This document shows, piece by piece, positions 26,716 to 39,819 of a stretch of DNA of 64,000 bases. The translations under genes were made by a program, and so were the position numbers. Under the pieces are notes generated by a model. The model ran no database searches. It saw only the letters and a list, made by a program, of their open reading frames with translations, and was not told where the DNA came from. Each line of letters starts with the position of its first letter. Position 1 is the first letter of the stretch. This DNA is from Phoronis australis (lineage: Eukaryota; Animalia; Phoronida). The DNA lies in the NCBI GenBank assembly GCA_002633005.1, contig NMRA01000318.1, positions 450,083-514,082 on the forward strand, written 5' to 3'.

Positions 26716-27038
26716 TAGTGGCGGATCAGGGATACCAGAAGGGGGGCCTAACATGTTGCCTCAGGGAATTGGGCAGAGTGCAGTTGTGTGTGTGCAGGCG
26801 TCCCGAAAGTTGTGGGGGCCCAGAGTATGAACCTTCTGTTCGGGAAATCTATCGACTAAAAAAAAGTAAAAAATAGAAAAAACGGGAACGAGAGCCCGCC
26901 ACGATCTGGGGTCTGAGTCCCCCTTTTCTCCAGTACCGGTCGTAGTTATATTTCCTCACGCGTCGCGCCGTTTCATTTTGTTTGCGGCAGCCAAGGGGGG
27001 GTTGGGCCCCTGCCCCCTCCCCCCTAAATCCGCCAGTT
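26716..27038 (+). mobile_element. MITE, CAGTGGCGGAT family (degenerate copy)
   Basis: TAGTGGCGGATC...AAATCCGCCAG ends, with the internal GCGGCAGCCAAGGGGG block shared with the other copies. No TSD is recognisable. Confidence 0.7.
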
Positions 27039-28717
27039 AGTGATATAATTAAAGGAAACTGTCAAGTAGTGTATGCTAATCATGGAGCTCTGACATCAAC
27101 AAGTGATGATGTGAAACGCGTGCAAAACAAGGAATTAGCTTCCAAAACAAGGAATTAGCTTCCAATGTGGCAATTGTGGTAATCAACGAAGGACACATTG
27201 CGTTAGAATGGTGAATTTAATGCAGACAAAAATACTTTCAATAACATCTATTCATATCACAACAGGGTTCACAGCACCAATTTTTATGCCTTTTCTAATA
27301 CCCAGCATTTCCAAATCTGAGCCTGGAAGTTTTACGGAAATCTGGGTAAGCTGCAAAAAATAATCGAAAACATAAATGTATTCAATGTAGATGCACTAAA
27401 TAAAAAATGCCTACCACGAGACATGACAAAATGGAATTAACATGGAACCCAGCAGCCCGTTTAGGTCACCCTGATGTACAAAAATTGGGACAAAGTTGGA
27501 AGTCCACATCATTAAAATGAGATTTCCATGGATGATTTTACTGTCAAAATTGCCCTTTATTTTTTTATTTTTGATAGAGTAACGCCATCAGTGATAGTGT
27601 TATCAAAGCAACAAATGTACAGAGAACATCATGTAGGCATGCATTCTTAACCTTAACTATATATAAGAAATCCAAAATCTGTAACATTTTAAATGTTTAT
27701 GTAAAAGTAATCCTGTATTATACATTGACGTTAGATGCTAAAGCCACAATTGTTACGTTTCATTATCTCGTTAAACCATTTATTTTTTCCAAAACACATG
27801 TAAACAATAACATTTTATCACATGGCACAAGTTGCCTTGGTATGGTATCAGTCTAACCAATAAAGATATTATTCTTTGATCAAAACCCCCTTAAGCATAT
27901 TAAGCCTGAGATCATTCAGTGGCTAACTCACTATGCAACTGATTTTAACATTACACACACACATCATTTCTTGTGAAAAAAAAAACTCATAACTTACATA
28001 TCAGAAAGTTACTCAAGATTTTTAAATCGAAAGCATTATGTCATGACTCTTTCACCACACGGGTACTGCCACTATTATCATCTGCTTCAGAGTTATTAAC
28101 TGAAATGGACTATTGATATCTGTTGTCACTTATGACTTTTACCTTTCGTAACGGACATTTTTAAGCTGGTGTAAACTACCACACCATTACTTAAGATCAA
28201 AAAACTAAACAATAAATTGTCATCACTTTTACAACCTGTTTTCTTAAAGCAGATCTTATAAACAAGAACAGTCATCCATCAGTTTTACAGTTAACTACAC
28301 ACTGAATTTCAAAAATTAATTACGCAAAAAATTCTCTAGTTTGAGACAGTGAATGATTATTCTGATCAAAGTCGGAGCTTGTCCCAATTTTTACAAATTC
28401 ACACGTCTGTCAAAAATTCAAGGGGAATGGTAACAATTCATTAAATATTTGCCATGAGAGTCACTTTTTATGAACTTACAGGAGCATTCTTGCAACCTGT
28501 TATGCTACAACATAGCGTTAGGAATTTGAAAAGTACGAAAATATACAAATCACTCACGCCTCAAATTTCAGGAGGAAAAAATTGAATTTCAGCCATGATT
28601 TCTGTGTTCTGAATTGAGGATCTGTCTCAATCTGGAGAATTTTTAATGTAATATATCACCGATCTAATGGCTATCATCATCTATGTCACATTTGCTAAAA
28701 ATATGTGTCCAAAACAA

Positions 28718-29557
28718 TTATAAGCTATAAATGTGATCCATCTCTTGCAATGAAAAATGTTCAAACATACACCATTGCCAGCATGATGACGAATACACCC
28801 AGCTGACAATATCCTCTGTACAGCACAGAGTTAAGGGTTTTTGGCAAACATATACACATATCCCATACATTATGGCTACAGTGAAGTCATTCTTAGTCAT
28901 ACCAATGTATAGCGAATGACATAGTAACAGAAGCGGTAGCCCATGTGGACAATTTCCCACTTCTTTCACAATTTTCCAAAGAAGCGGCTTGTCATCCAGG
29001 TCCCTCATGGGAAGTCTAAGCACATTTTTTTTCTGAAGTCTGGTAAAGATAATCCAAAGATGTACTGATTTTAAACAACAGTTTCCGATCAAGTTGCTCA
29101 GTTGAATCTTTAGACACGTTTGACAGGAAAGGGTTGCATTGTTGATAATCCCCAAATACTGAATACCCATGGTCAAATAACTCGGACTCAAAATTCAACA
29201 ATCTCTTTGCTCCTGTTGGCCTCTTAGAAACAGATGGCGAATCAATTAGTACATGTTTCTGTCGAACTTCAGACTGAGCAATGAGAATGCTGACATCCAT
29301 TCTCGCTGATTTCTGCAGCTGTGTGAGTTTTGAACAAGACAAAATGCATGAGCTGCAGATAAACACAGGCCTAGTGTCCAGCAAATCATTGTTGAATTGA
29401 ATGTAAACGGGTTCAAAAAATCCAAGTACCTCTGCTTTAATGCAGCATTTTTTAACTTTGTGTACGTGAGAGTCAGAGTATAACAGTTTGCCACATACAC
29501 TGTAATATGCATGTCTTTGACTTTGCCTATTTCACTGGAGTATTACAGTACACCATC
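28718..29557 (-). pseudogene. Frameshifted exon ending in a PHD-finger-like Cys pattern, probably transposon-encoded
   Basis: Three overlapping minus ORFs, an acceptor ttaatttcag near 29558 and a C-terminal GICVYVCQKP...VSWVYSSSCWQW. Confidence 0.3.
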
Positions 29558-31501
29558 TGAAATTAAACATACGTAAATAGCAAAGGCTTTCAATTTTTAC
29601 TAGCATGACTGGTGTGCCACCTAGAATTATTTGTGTTCAAGTGAATTGACTTACGGCTGTAAAATCTTTGTCAAGCTAATCAATTTTAGTACTGCAGATG
29701 GGAGATATGTTCAATTAACCTTTTGCAGAAATTCTATAGTTACAGAATTACGATCTGCTCGGATATAATGGTCCCTGACATGGATAACAAGTTTTATCCA
29801 CTGATAGTGACATACGTCGGAAGATTTAAGGCGACGTATGCCTCACACTGGCGGGCGCGGTAAAAATAGGTGGGCGCACAGTGTAAAACTGGCCTGTTGA
29901 TGGTTTGGGCAACTGAACGAAGGACTGATTGAAGAAAAAGTTATATTACAGGAGTATTTGTTTGCGTTGGAAGAAATTAAAGACATCAATGGGTACCTAA
30001 GGTGTCCCTCTATGAGAAAAAGGTACTTAAACAACGTGACTTTGATGTTTTAATCAGTGTGAGGCATAAGTCACCGAAAATCTATCAATGTATGAAACTC
30101 CCAGAGGAGCTTCACTGTCTCTACTGGGGCCAACTAGAGATGGTGGTCAGTGTATAATCCACTGAATAATAGAAATGTTATTCAGTTGTTACATTCATCA
30201 ACCTTTTTCGACCATGTCCTTGTCCTGTTGTTCGTTTCCCATTTTTCCCTAGTACAAAGTGACCAACAACACGTGTATTAGCCTGGTTAAATCTAGACAT
30301 TTGCTGTCACTGGTGTGTTTCATCTGGCTAACACTAACAGCCTGATTCCGTGAGGTATAAGTAGTGAACCTGCCCTGAAGTTATTACAACATATTGATAG
30401 CGTCATTCTCAAAACCAAGGAACATTTTATCCGACTTGTCTCCAAAGTAGTTAGGTGTGATAAGACTGAACTCTGAAGTCGAAGTCCAAGCGATCACAGA
30501 CACAGCGATGAGTAGAAAATCACCAATTTATCTTCAATTCAGACCCCTTTTAACTCACCTTTTACGCAAGTACAACCGTACAGGCTTACATGGCTAGTCC
30601 AGGTTAGATTCCCGGTTCGGAGATTGATCTGAGTCGGCATTTACAACAGTTGTTCAGTAACATTTACATTGATTCAGAAAGGCGATAGGCCTGCTGCCTA
30701 AACCAGAAATCGCGAGCCACCATGTTTACAAAAGCGCCATCTACCGAGCAAAATGATAGAAGTGAACTACTTTCGCGCAGGCTAATGTACTCCATGTGAG
30801 TAAGACAATACACGCAGTGTTGGCTTACGTAGTGAATGCCACTAACACAGCAGCGACACCGCGAATAGCCCCATTAAACTACGGGTTGACTGGAAGTAGG
30901 TACCGCGAGCAGTTCAAAGAGAAGCTCCTACACTCTTTCACAGTGCCACGAAAGGTTACACTGTGGAGTGTTGTTTATCGGCTTAATTTCTCAGTGGTTA
31001 CAGCAATGAAACCGACGTCAACATTCAGTCATTCCCATTGGTTGAAATATGGGAAACCCTTTCAGTTTACTGTTACGTAGTATGACGACCACCTTTGACT
31101 TGAATAGTTGCAATATATTAAAACGGGTAGTGATCGAAGTAAACAAAATCAAAGTAACCCCGACCCCGACACTAAGCCCAAACAAGTACAGCGCATTGAA
31201 GGTGTGTGTAAGCGGTGGTGATGTGGTCGATAAACTTCCAACCAAGCATGCGCATTGATGCCCACACATGGAATTCCGTGGGTAGTTCATGTTTCCACAG
31301 GGCCACTTTTCAGTATAGGTGGCGCTTTGTCAGAAGGTATGAAGCTTTTTACTTTTGATGACACGTATCCGATGTTGGCCAAAATGTCATCGAAGCATGC
31401 CTGGTGGTCGCGCGCGTCGAACTCTTCGCCAAAAGTGCTGTCGTCAGCATAGGAGCACATCAAGACTACGCCACACAACACCGTCTCTTACGGTGCTTAT
31501 A

Positions 31502-31828
31502 CATAGGCAGATTTAAGGGGGTCCAGGGTGCCCCCCTCCCCCTGTTGGCTGCCTCAAAAAAGAGCAACAGCGTGGGAAAATATTGAGTTTCGTAATTAAC
31601 CCCGGTAATTAAAATGCGGCTGAGATTGGCTCAGACCAGATTGCAAGAGTCCGATTCAAAGCACGGCGCAACGCAATCCCTTTTTTATTTTTTAATCCTC
31701 CGTTTGTTTTTAGGTAGAAGGTCCTCATCCTCAGCAATTCGAGCCTCCCTATATTCTAGGCTAGGTGCGAGCGTGCATTAAAGACAAAATGTTGGGCCCT
31801 CACCTATGATATCCTAGATCCGCCACTG
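31502..31828 (-). mobile_element. MITE, CAGTGGCGGAT family, TSD TTATA/TTTTA
   Basis: CATAGGCAGATT at the left end and GATCCGCCACTG at the right end. The 5-bp flanks match at 4 of 5 positions. Confidence 0.8.
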
Positions 31829-33133
31829 TTTTAGACGCTACGTGAGCCTACGTTCCACTATACCATAACTTACGATGCGTAGGTGCTACTTTAAAATCCA
31901 AAATGTAGTGGCTGCGCTTATGTGCACTTACAGCACTGATTTTAACCCAGAGACCGATAAGCAGCCTACGTACAGGAAATGACACTCAGCTGTTACGCAG
32001 TGAGACTTAGGGGAAATTTCATTGGCACGATGATGTCATATGTACCACTTTACAATGATTGGTTGAGAATTTCTCTCGAATGGGTTACGAATTATGGCCG
32101 AAATTTAAGTCGCAATTAATTACTGTCTGTGTTGTGCAAGAAACAAAAACAATATTTCATTAAAAAATACTTGTATTTCTGGTGTTAAAAGAGTGTTTTA
32201 GTCGCTGGAGGCCATTTTAAAGCGAGCTCAACAGGAAGCTATTTTCGTTCAGCATTGTATGTAGTGTCAGCGATAGCCTTAACTAAAGATAAGCTGCCTC
32301 ATATGAAATACACTTGGAACCTGGCCAATTTTATTGCGCACCATAAAAGCTTCGATAAAGGTGACAATTTTGCACTTTCTAAGAGACGTCTCAAAGATGG
32401 CATCTGGCGGTAAGTACATGTGATGTTTTTGTTTATGTTGTTTTATGTTCAGTAATTACTAGGTGGAACATCTCAAATACAGACGAACTAAGTGTATAGC
32501 ATGGAAGTATACCAATAAGAAGCGTATTTCAAGTATGTGATATAATGGTGTTCCTTCTATCTTGAAATTGCAGATTTTTGTATTGTTTGCGTTAGTTCAT
32601 TTCTCTGTTTGATAATAATTTATCACTTTTAAGGACACATAGAGGATCGAGAAGCAGGCAAACTTTTTAAAAAGAAACGGAAATTTGCAATGCATATAAC
32701 GCAAATCATATTAAGTATAATTTTGCACCCGTCTTTAACATTTAACACAAAGTCAAGTATTTGTTGGAATCATCCAATTGAAATTTAAACCATTTTAATA
32801 GTGTAATTTTTCTCTAATGGTTGACAACCATTTCGACATTTCTAATTCGTTTCATATCACTTAATTGAATTGTAAACAACATAATATGCAATAGCACAGA
32901 CGCTCAAATTATGAACATAAAAGTTTCACCTGTTAGTCTCGTTATTTTCAAAGTTAGGGATTGTATTGTCTGATCTCATCTGTTAGCTTTATGGTCTAGG
33001 GATACATGTATGTACTGCAAAAATGAATTTGTGATAAGTACATATAATACGAACATGATGTTCGTAAAACTCTTAATAGTTCAAGACCAAAACGTGATTT
33101 TACCTTGCTTTGCCCATGATAAAATCATGAATA

Positions 33134-33425
33134 CGATTCCCCTGATCCGTAGCAGTTCTAAGCCGGCTGTCAGACGCTCGACGAAGCGAACAGCCTGAGA
33201 GCGTATGCACTGCTGAGGCAGTCCACGGGAAGGTCCAGGCAACGTTCCGAACACGACCTGACGGACTCGTTCAGTCCACGCCCGTTCCAGGCCCGCATCC
33301 TACCCCAGCCCGACGGACCCAGTCCTTAGAGCCAATCTTTTTCCCGAAGTTACAGATCTAATTTGCCGACATCCCTTACCTACATTGGTTCTACTCGACT
33401 AGACCTTCTCCGGATATGGGTATGG
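33134..33425 (-). rRNA. Dispersed 28S (LSU) rRNA fragment, non-functional
   Basis: Reverse complement of conserved eukaryotic LSU blocks: GATTCCCCTG.TCCG..CAGTTCTAAG, CCTTAGAGCCAATC.TT.TCCCGAAGTTAC.GATC...TTGCCGAC.TCCCTTACCTACATT and GGATATGGGTA, with an internal deletion. Confidence 0.9.
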
Positions 33426-33869
33426 CAATTGGCGAAGATAATGTGTAATAAGATGACACAAGTTACACATGAGGCCGCCGGCTTTTTTCGCCTGCCGATC
33501 AATTTGTTGGTTTGTGAAAATAAAAATGTGATAAGGGTAGCGGCGGAGCCGACTGTGACCTCAGAAATACGATAATGTTTTCGGTTTCCCCTCAGTCATA
33601 TATTATTTTGAAACGTCCTTCTGTTCGAGATTATCCTTCTGACTCAAACGTACGCCGTCCCAGTAAACACATGCACGCATCCAGCCTTTAATATTGGGAG
33701 CTAGAATTTCTGACAAAATGGACCTTTTGGTAACAAAACATCGGGATGACTAAAAAACCGGGGTATCACCTTCAGAACTGTGAACTCTGCGTCTGAGCCT
33801 TTTTAGTGGACTTTTGTCTCATTTTCTCAGACTTTTTGTTTCTCTGAGGCGGACTTTTTTACCCACTTC

Positions 33870-34860
33870 GGCAACCAGTGAAGAGTACCCTTGCGAGTTT
33901 GGCGAGATTGTCGAGTTTGGTTGGTGTTCACCTTTTTTATCATTAATAGAGATGATTAGCGAAATTTTTTGTAGAACAAAGAACGATATTTGGTTTGGCT
34001 TCCATGTTGAACGCACGTGACTAAAAAGTTGAACACATGTGACTAAAAATGACCACGAAAAGTTTTTTATTGCTGTTTAGGTACAAAATATCTGACAATA
34101 AAATTATTGTTGAAAATGAGGTACAAATCATAATACATATTCAATGGATCGACATCAGACTACGTAGTGCTCTTGCGAGTTTGGCGAGTTTGGTGAGTTT
34201 GGTTGAGCTTGACTTCGCTGTCATAGATTTATATGAGAGTAGAGTATCCTTGCGAGTTCGGCAAGTTTGGCGACTTTAGTTGAAATTGACCTTTCTTACC
34301 ATAGATAGAGATGAGCATAGAGTATCCTTGCGAGCTTGGCGAGTTATAGAACAAGGAATGATATTTGACTTCCACTCATTGTTCACGTTACTAAGAATGA
34401 TAACGTAAAATATTTTATTGTTTAGTAGATAAAAAATCTGTGTCACTAAAACTATTATCGAAAATGAGCTGCAAATCACAACACATGCTGTGATAATTTG
34501 ATATGTGAGACGAGTTCGTTGCGAGTTGGGCGAGTTTGGTTGAACTTGATTCTGCTATCACAGATCTATGTGAGACTAAAGAAACCTTGACAGGTTGGAG
34601 AGTTTGGTTAACCTTGACTTTACCATCATAGATATATGTGGGACAAGAGTACCATTGTCTCTCATAGAGAGAGAGAGGTGAACCTGGAGCGTGTTTGGCG
34701 AATTTGGTTGAACTTGACTTTGCCATCATAGATTGTGTGAGACAAGACTACCCTTATCAGATAGGGAGTTTGGCGAGTTGGGTTGACTTTGATCTCTAGC
34801 TCTCATATATAGAAGTGAGCCTAGAGCGAGTTTTACGAGTTTGGTTGACCTTGATCTGCT
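33870..34860. repeat. Degenerate minisatellite, about 60-70 bp unit
   Basis: Recurring AGAGTA.CCTTGCGAGTTTGGCGAGTTTGGTTGA.CTTGACTT.GC.ATCATAGAT. Related units occur at 60100-60258 and 61460-61500. Confidence 0.85.
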
Positions 34861-36258
34861 AAACAAGTGGTCATGTGGTCAAGGGTGTGGTCATGGCTGA
34901 TTATATTTTATGGTAATATGGGAGATTACAAGCTCATGTTGGGAGTGTGTAACCTGGGAGTATTTGATATTGGTCCTAGGTGTAACTCAGTTTTCTCTCA
35001 TAACCTGGAATGTGTTTTGACACGACTGGTTTATAACACCGAGTGCGTAATTTTTTTGATATTACATGGGCAAATCACAAAGTAATGCGAAGTAGAAATA
35101 CACGCGCCTTACATTTTATTGTCTGCGAAACACTAAGACAACGAAACGCCCGCTAACCTAAGAATGCCGGAATTCTGAGAAGGTGACACGGGTATGATTG
35201 ACAAATCGGGTGTCGCAACTGTACGTACTTCCAGTTGGAAGGACATGCAAATAGCTTCTTTAACGAACCTACCTTCGGCGGCGAATTTCATGTCCACGTT
35301 CATTCACACGGTGACGAACCCAACTCAAGAAACGCGGCGAGACTGTCAAACTGTGCTCAAGCGCGGGGAAGCCTTGCTGACTGCCATTTATGAACATTTT
35401 TTAAGTTTTAATATTACAACTTCAAAAACTCTTTATTAGATTCTAACATGAATATTTGCTACGAAAGCTGAATGCAATTTAAATTTGTTAAGTGTAAAAT
35501 ATAATTATTAACGAAAAGTAAATAAATTACTTAGCATTGCGCAACAAAAGTTGCGTCATGTGGTTCAAAGTTTTAGACACGTCGAGTTTTTTTACGGTTC
35601 ACGTGAGAAAACAAATCCTACACTCGTCTCATAAACCTGAGACTTGTGTAGGATTCTCAATTTATGTTATATCCCATTTTGGCGCAGGCGAGGTCTCAGG
35701 TTTAAAAATTGCCCAACGACCTCTTTTGAAGTCACGTCTACCACCCATTATCTATAACAATATTTCCCCCTCTTATCTTTATTGCATAGCTACTCATAGA
35801 TCACATCGCCACAATAGCTGCAATTGTTCATTATTTACAAAAGTTTCTGCCAGCAGTCTTTTTACAACACCAACGTCAGGAAATGGAACAGCCTACAAAA
35901 CCAATTGCGGATAATAGAATTTCCGTCAAAGTTCAATACCAAATGTAGCTTTTAATTCATCAACTTACAAACAACGAATCTGGCGCTTTTTATAAAATTT
36001 GACATCATTTCGTCATTCAAACTTGTATATCTCCTCTTCTAATTTTTGAAATTTCTTGATACATATATTTATTTATGTGAATGTATGTTTTTTATGTATC
36101 TACCTATTATTTAATTACTTATTGTGGTATTAAATCTTTCTACATAGGACTGACCGCGATGGAAATAAGTAACTACTGTTTCTATCATCGGCACATTGAT
36201 TGCTCTTTTTACTTGAACCGTTGTCTCATTTGTCATCGTCACTTTTAGTTTGTATACT

Positions 36259-37015
36259 GTGCCGGGTTGCATGAAACAGTTCGAAATAGAGACTCAACTA
36301 AGTTCCCTAGATCTTTTGCATATTTTTGCCTTTCTTTACTCACAGGTGAAATCTTTTTCTATCATTTCATCTTTATTATGAGCTCCTCTTTGACGAATGA
36401 CATTTTCTAATAAAATTCAGTGACGGATCTAGGATACCATAAGGGAGGCCCTACATCCGAAGATGACGTCTCGTAGAATTGGGAAAAGCGTGACTGCGTT
36501 TTCAGCAGTGACCCGAAAGTTGCGGGGACCGGTCTCGTGACCCTTCTGTTCGAGAAATTTGCTGTTGGACTAAAAAAAACGGGAACGCCGCGGTCCGGGT
36601 TCTGAGCGCCCCCTTCTCCGCTACCGGTCCTGATTACACAGCATTTTCGCACGCTTTGTGGTCTTGCTGTTCCACTTTGCTTGTGGCAGCCAAGGGGGAG
36701 GAGTCCGGGCCCCCTGCCCCCCCCATAAATCCGCCTATGAAATTACTAAATACTGAGCTCTGAATTCAATGAAAATAAATAGAGACTTAGTCCTTAGGTT
36801 AGGTGCGTTGCATGAAAAGCCCCCTTTTTTATTTTCGATAACATTGAAATATCAACGGGGAGTTCACTCTCGATTTGTAAGCCAAAAATTGACTTAGTAA
36901 TGAAACTAAAACCGCGTCAGAAAGGACAATCAGTGTTTCCCAAGTCCATAAATCTGCAATAGATTTAGGTAAATCACTTGAGTCCCTAGTTGGGACTGTT
37001 TCATGCAACCTGGCA
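36259..37015. mobile_element. MITE (same family as 18368-18756) with a nested insertion
   Basis: TIRs TGCCGGGTTGCATGAAACAGT / ACTGTTTCATGCAACCTGGCA. Confidence 0.8.
36418..36739 (+). mobile_element. MITE, CAGTGGCGGAT family, 5-bp TSD AAATT
   Basis: CAGTGACGGATC...AAATCCGCCTATG flanked by AAATT at 36413-36417 and 36740-36744. Confidence 0.85.
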
Positions 37016-37154
37016 CTGGTGTATCTCTGCCAGTCCTTGTGTTGTGTTGTACCAAATTTATTGTGTTATATTCTTATATTTCACTGGTCAATCAGTGTTA
37101 AGGAGTTCCCACCATGATCATGTGTTTCAAAAAAAATTTATTAATATATCTTAA

Positions 37155-38147
37155 GAGATTTAATAACTTTTAGTGTACCTGAAGCAAGCAAAGATTTTAA
37201 ATATATATTTTTTCTGGTTGTGCGTAATGGGTGGAGACCGTCTCCGTCGTTGTTGTTCTTACTAGTGCAATACTGAAGAGTTGTGAGGATAGTTCGCGGA
37301 GAGCCGCCTTTTTCAGACACGAAAAGATACGTTTGTGGAAACTGTAGTAACAGCAAGTTGGCTGAGAACGTCTCTGTGTTCAAATTTCCTAAATACGTGA
37401 AAATTGCACAGAAATTGCATCGTTGCACAAGAGTGGAAATGTCATTGAGAAACACGCGATTCAATCGTAAGCCACAACTTGTTGGGCACATTTCAGGGAA
37501 TCGTGTTTCGACCAAACACAAAAGTGGCGTTACGATGAAGGACTCGCCACCTTTTAAATGTATTTGAAATTTTTATAAATAACGTCGAAACTGCCTGCAT
37601 TCCCGGGCAAATGATGACGGCTCTCGACCCTGGCCCTAGTCGAGTGCTACGATACGTAGATTTATGCATTGTGTTTAGACTATACTCATTCCACAATGGC
37701 AATACGATGACCCAGGTTTACTTTAGCCTTTGTCATCATTGATTATAAAGTGTCTATTTTGTGAATATTGGCCATTCCTCTGGTTCACGTGGTTGTGGCT
37801 AACATATGTCTGCAGCATTTCTTGTGCAAGTGGGTCGAGTTCATACGGCCTCAAAGCCGACGAAACTTCGCCAAGAGGGAAATCGAATTCATTGTCTGAT
37901 TCTTCAAGTACTTGAGACTGATGCCCATATCCAAACATTGCAATTGATTTTCAAGTGACAAAGCGTCTTCCACCCATTACATCACTTGGTGGGAAACTTG
38001 GAAATAACTAATTTTTCTTCTAACTTGGAAATAACTAATTTTTCTTCTAAATTCACGACTATTTGGCTTCAAAAGTTTTTATTTAGTTAGATGTCTTGAT
38101 ACTTATTTCATATTAGTTAACTTAAACCTCAAAAACTAAGAACCTCT
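37155..38147 (-). mobile_element. Kolobok-like element with decayed Cys-rich KolX/P2X7-C-terminus-like ORF
   Basis: TTAA flanks (37151-37154, 38148-38151) and weak TIRs. Minus-strand remnants RPYELDPLA, YCHCGM, CPGMQAV and PTSC..RLNRVF appear in the expected order. Confidence 0.55.
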
Positions 38148-39819
38148 TTAAAACAAAAGAAATTTAGCCTTGGAATGCCAACTCCAGCATGTTACCCAGG
38201 TATTCTATATTATTAGAGCTTGCGACCCAGACACTAGCCGCCAGAGTTCGCACTGAGAATTGTCTGCTCGACTGAGTTTATAACGAGTGTTGTAGATGTC
38301 AAATGAAGCCAAATTTCATTGCTTTGTTTTTCACTTTGTCACTTTTAGTCATCAAGCGAGACTCTTGAGGTACGGTTCAATGCAACAAACGATTTGTCAC
38401 AAACCCGACACTTACATTGGTCATGACCTTTATACGGTTCGTCCTGTCGCCCTAGCTGGATGCCGGGAAAAGCCTGCCTCTGATATCTTTTCAGCTCCGG
38501 TCTTAGAACAACCTATGTAACTACATGCTAGAAATTTTTTAACGACGCATTTTTGGGTGTTAAAATCATGTCACTTACGGAATGAAGTGTCACTTGGTTT
38601 CTGAGTGTTTGTTCTGTAATTATAAATGCAAAGCGTGCTCAAGTAACTTTCGAAAAATACTGAGATTTATGGCACTCTGACATAAATCCTATTATTTGGG
38701 CAAATACCATTATAGAGCCCTTTATGCTTCGTATCCAACTGCTGGTTAGTTCCTACCAAGTCCGATGGTTGCGCTGTTTGTTCTTTCTCTCCAGCTTCCT
38801 GTTGGCCCAGCCTCAAGCAACAGTACATTCACTCGTAAGTTTTCCTAATTAGACAAGTTTATAACTAGTAGACTCCTTCCCGTTCGTTGTTAATTGTCCT
38901 GGACAAACGATACTTCCCTTATCTATTATTTGTAGCCACAGATGGCTTTTCTAACGGCCGATTTCTTTCGATTTTAATGATCCCTCAAACCCAAACCAAT
39001 TCCTCGCCATTTCACCACTTCCCTGGGTATAAGTGGTATATCGTGTGACAATCGCCGTCTGCTTTGGGGATGAGACCCGGCGGCGAGGTATAAAGGTTAT
39101 CAACGGGGCTGGTAGGACAGGGGCTAGTCAACGCGTAGACCCTCGGTTAGCCGGTTGGGGGCTAGAATACTTCCCATCCCTTTCTGCACCATTTCGTCTG
39201 GCCAAATCCGGCCACTGATTTTGAGTTTAACCTCGTCAAAAATACATTCCACACCTAAAACTATCACTTAGAAAAGCGCTTCATTTCTTCATGGATCCAT
39301 TTATTTTACTTCTATACATATCTTCGATGAAGCTTAGTTATGAGATTGGGGTGATTTCGCCGAAGAATTTCAACTCCACTTTTTTGGTTCCCGTTGGCTT
39401 TTTCACCGAAAGTATGTCCACTGAGTCACGCGCGTTAGGCAAAGGCTAGCGCGAGACAGAGAAGCGCGTGACGATAGCGCGTGACACTAGCTATTTTAAG
39501 CCTTGAACAAGGAGTTGGGGTCTGGAAACCCATGTAGAACGAGCTTGAATGCCAGCGGTTTGACAAGTGCGTGACCTCGGTTGCAGACGTACTTATGGTT
39601 TGGGTACATGGCGGATACTGGAATTACATTACACTAGACTTGGTACTATTCCAACAGGACTGGAGGTATTATTGATGTAAACAGATGGGATTTACAATGG
39701 TTAAGACCTAGATGGGAATATATTCCATATCGCCCTGAAGCCTGGTGCGATAAACCTCGAAAGTGCCGCGTCTAACACATGGGAGTATCCTCACATAGCG
39801 CGCAACCACCTTGGTGGGT

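Noticed and set aside
30750-31490. Possible minus-strand membrane-protein pseudogene
   Set aside because: It looks coding-like with a hydrophobic stretch, but has multiple stops and no motif I can assign.
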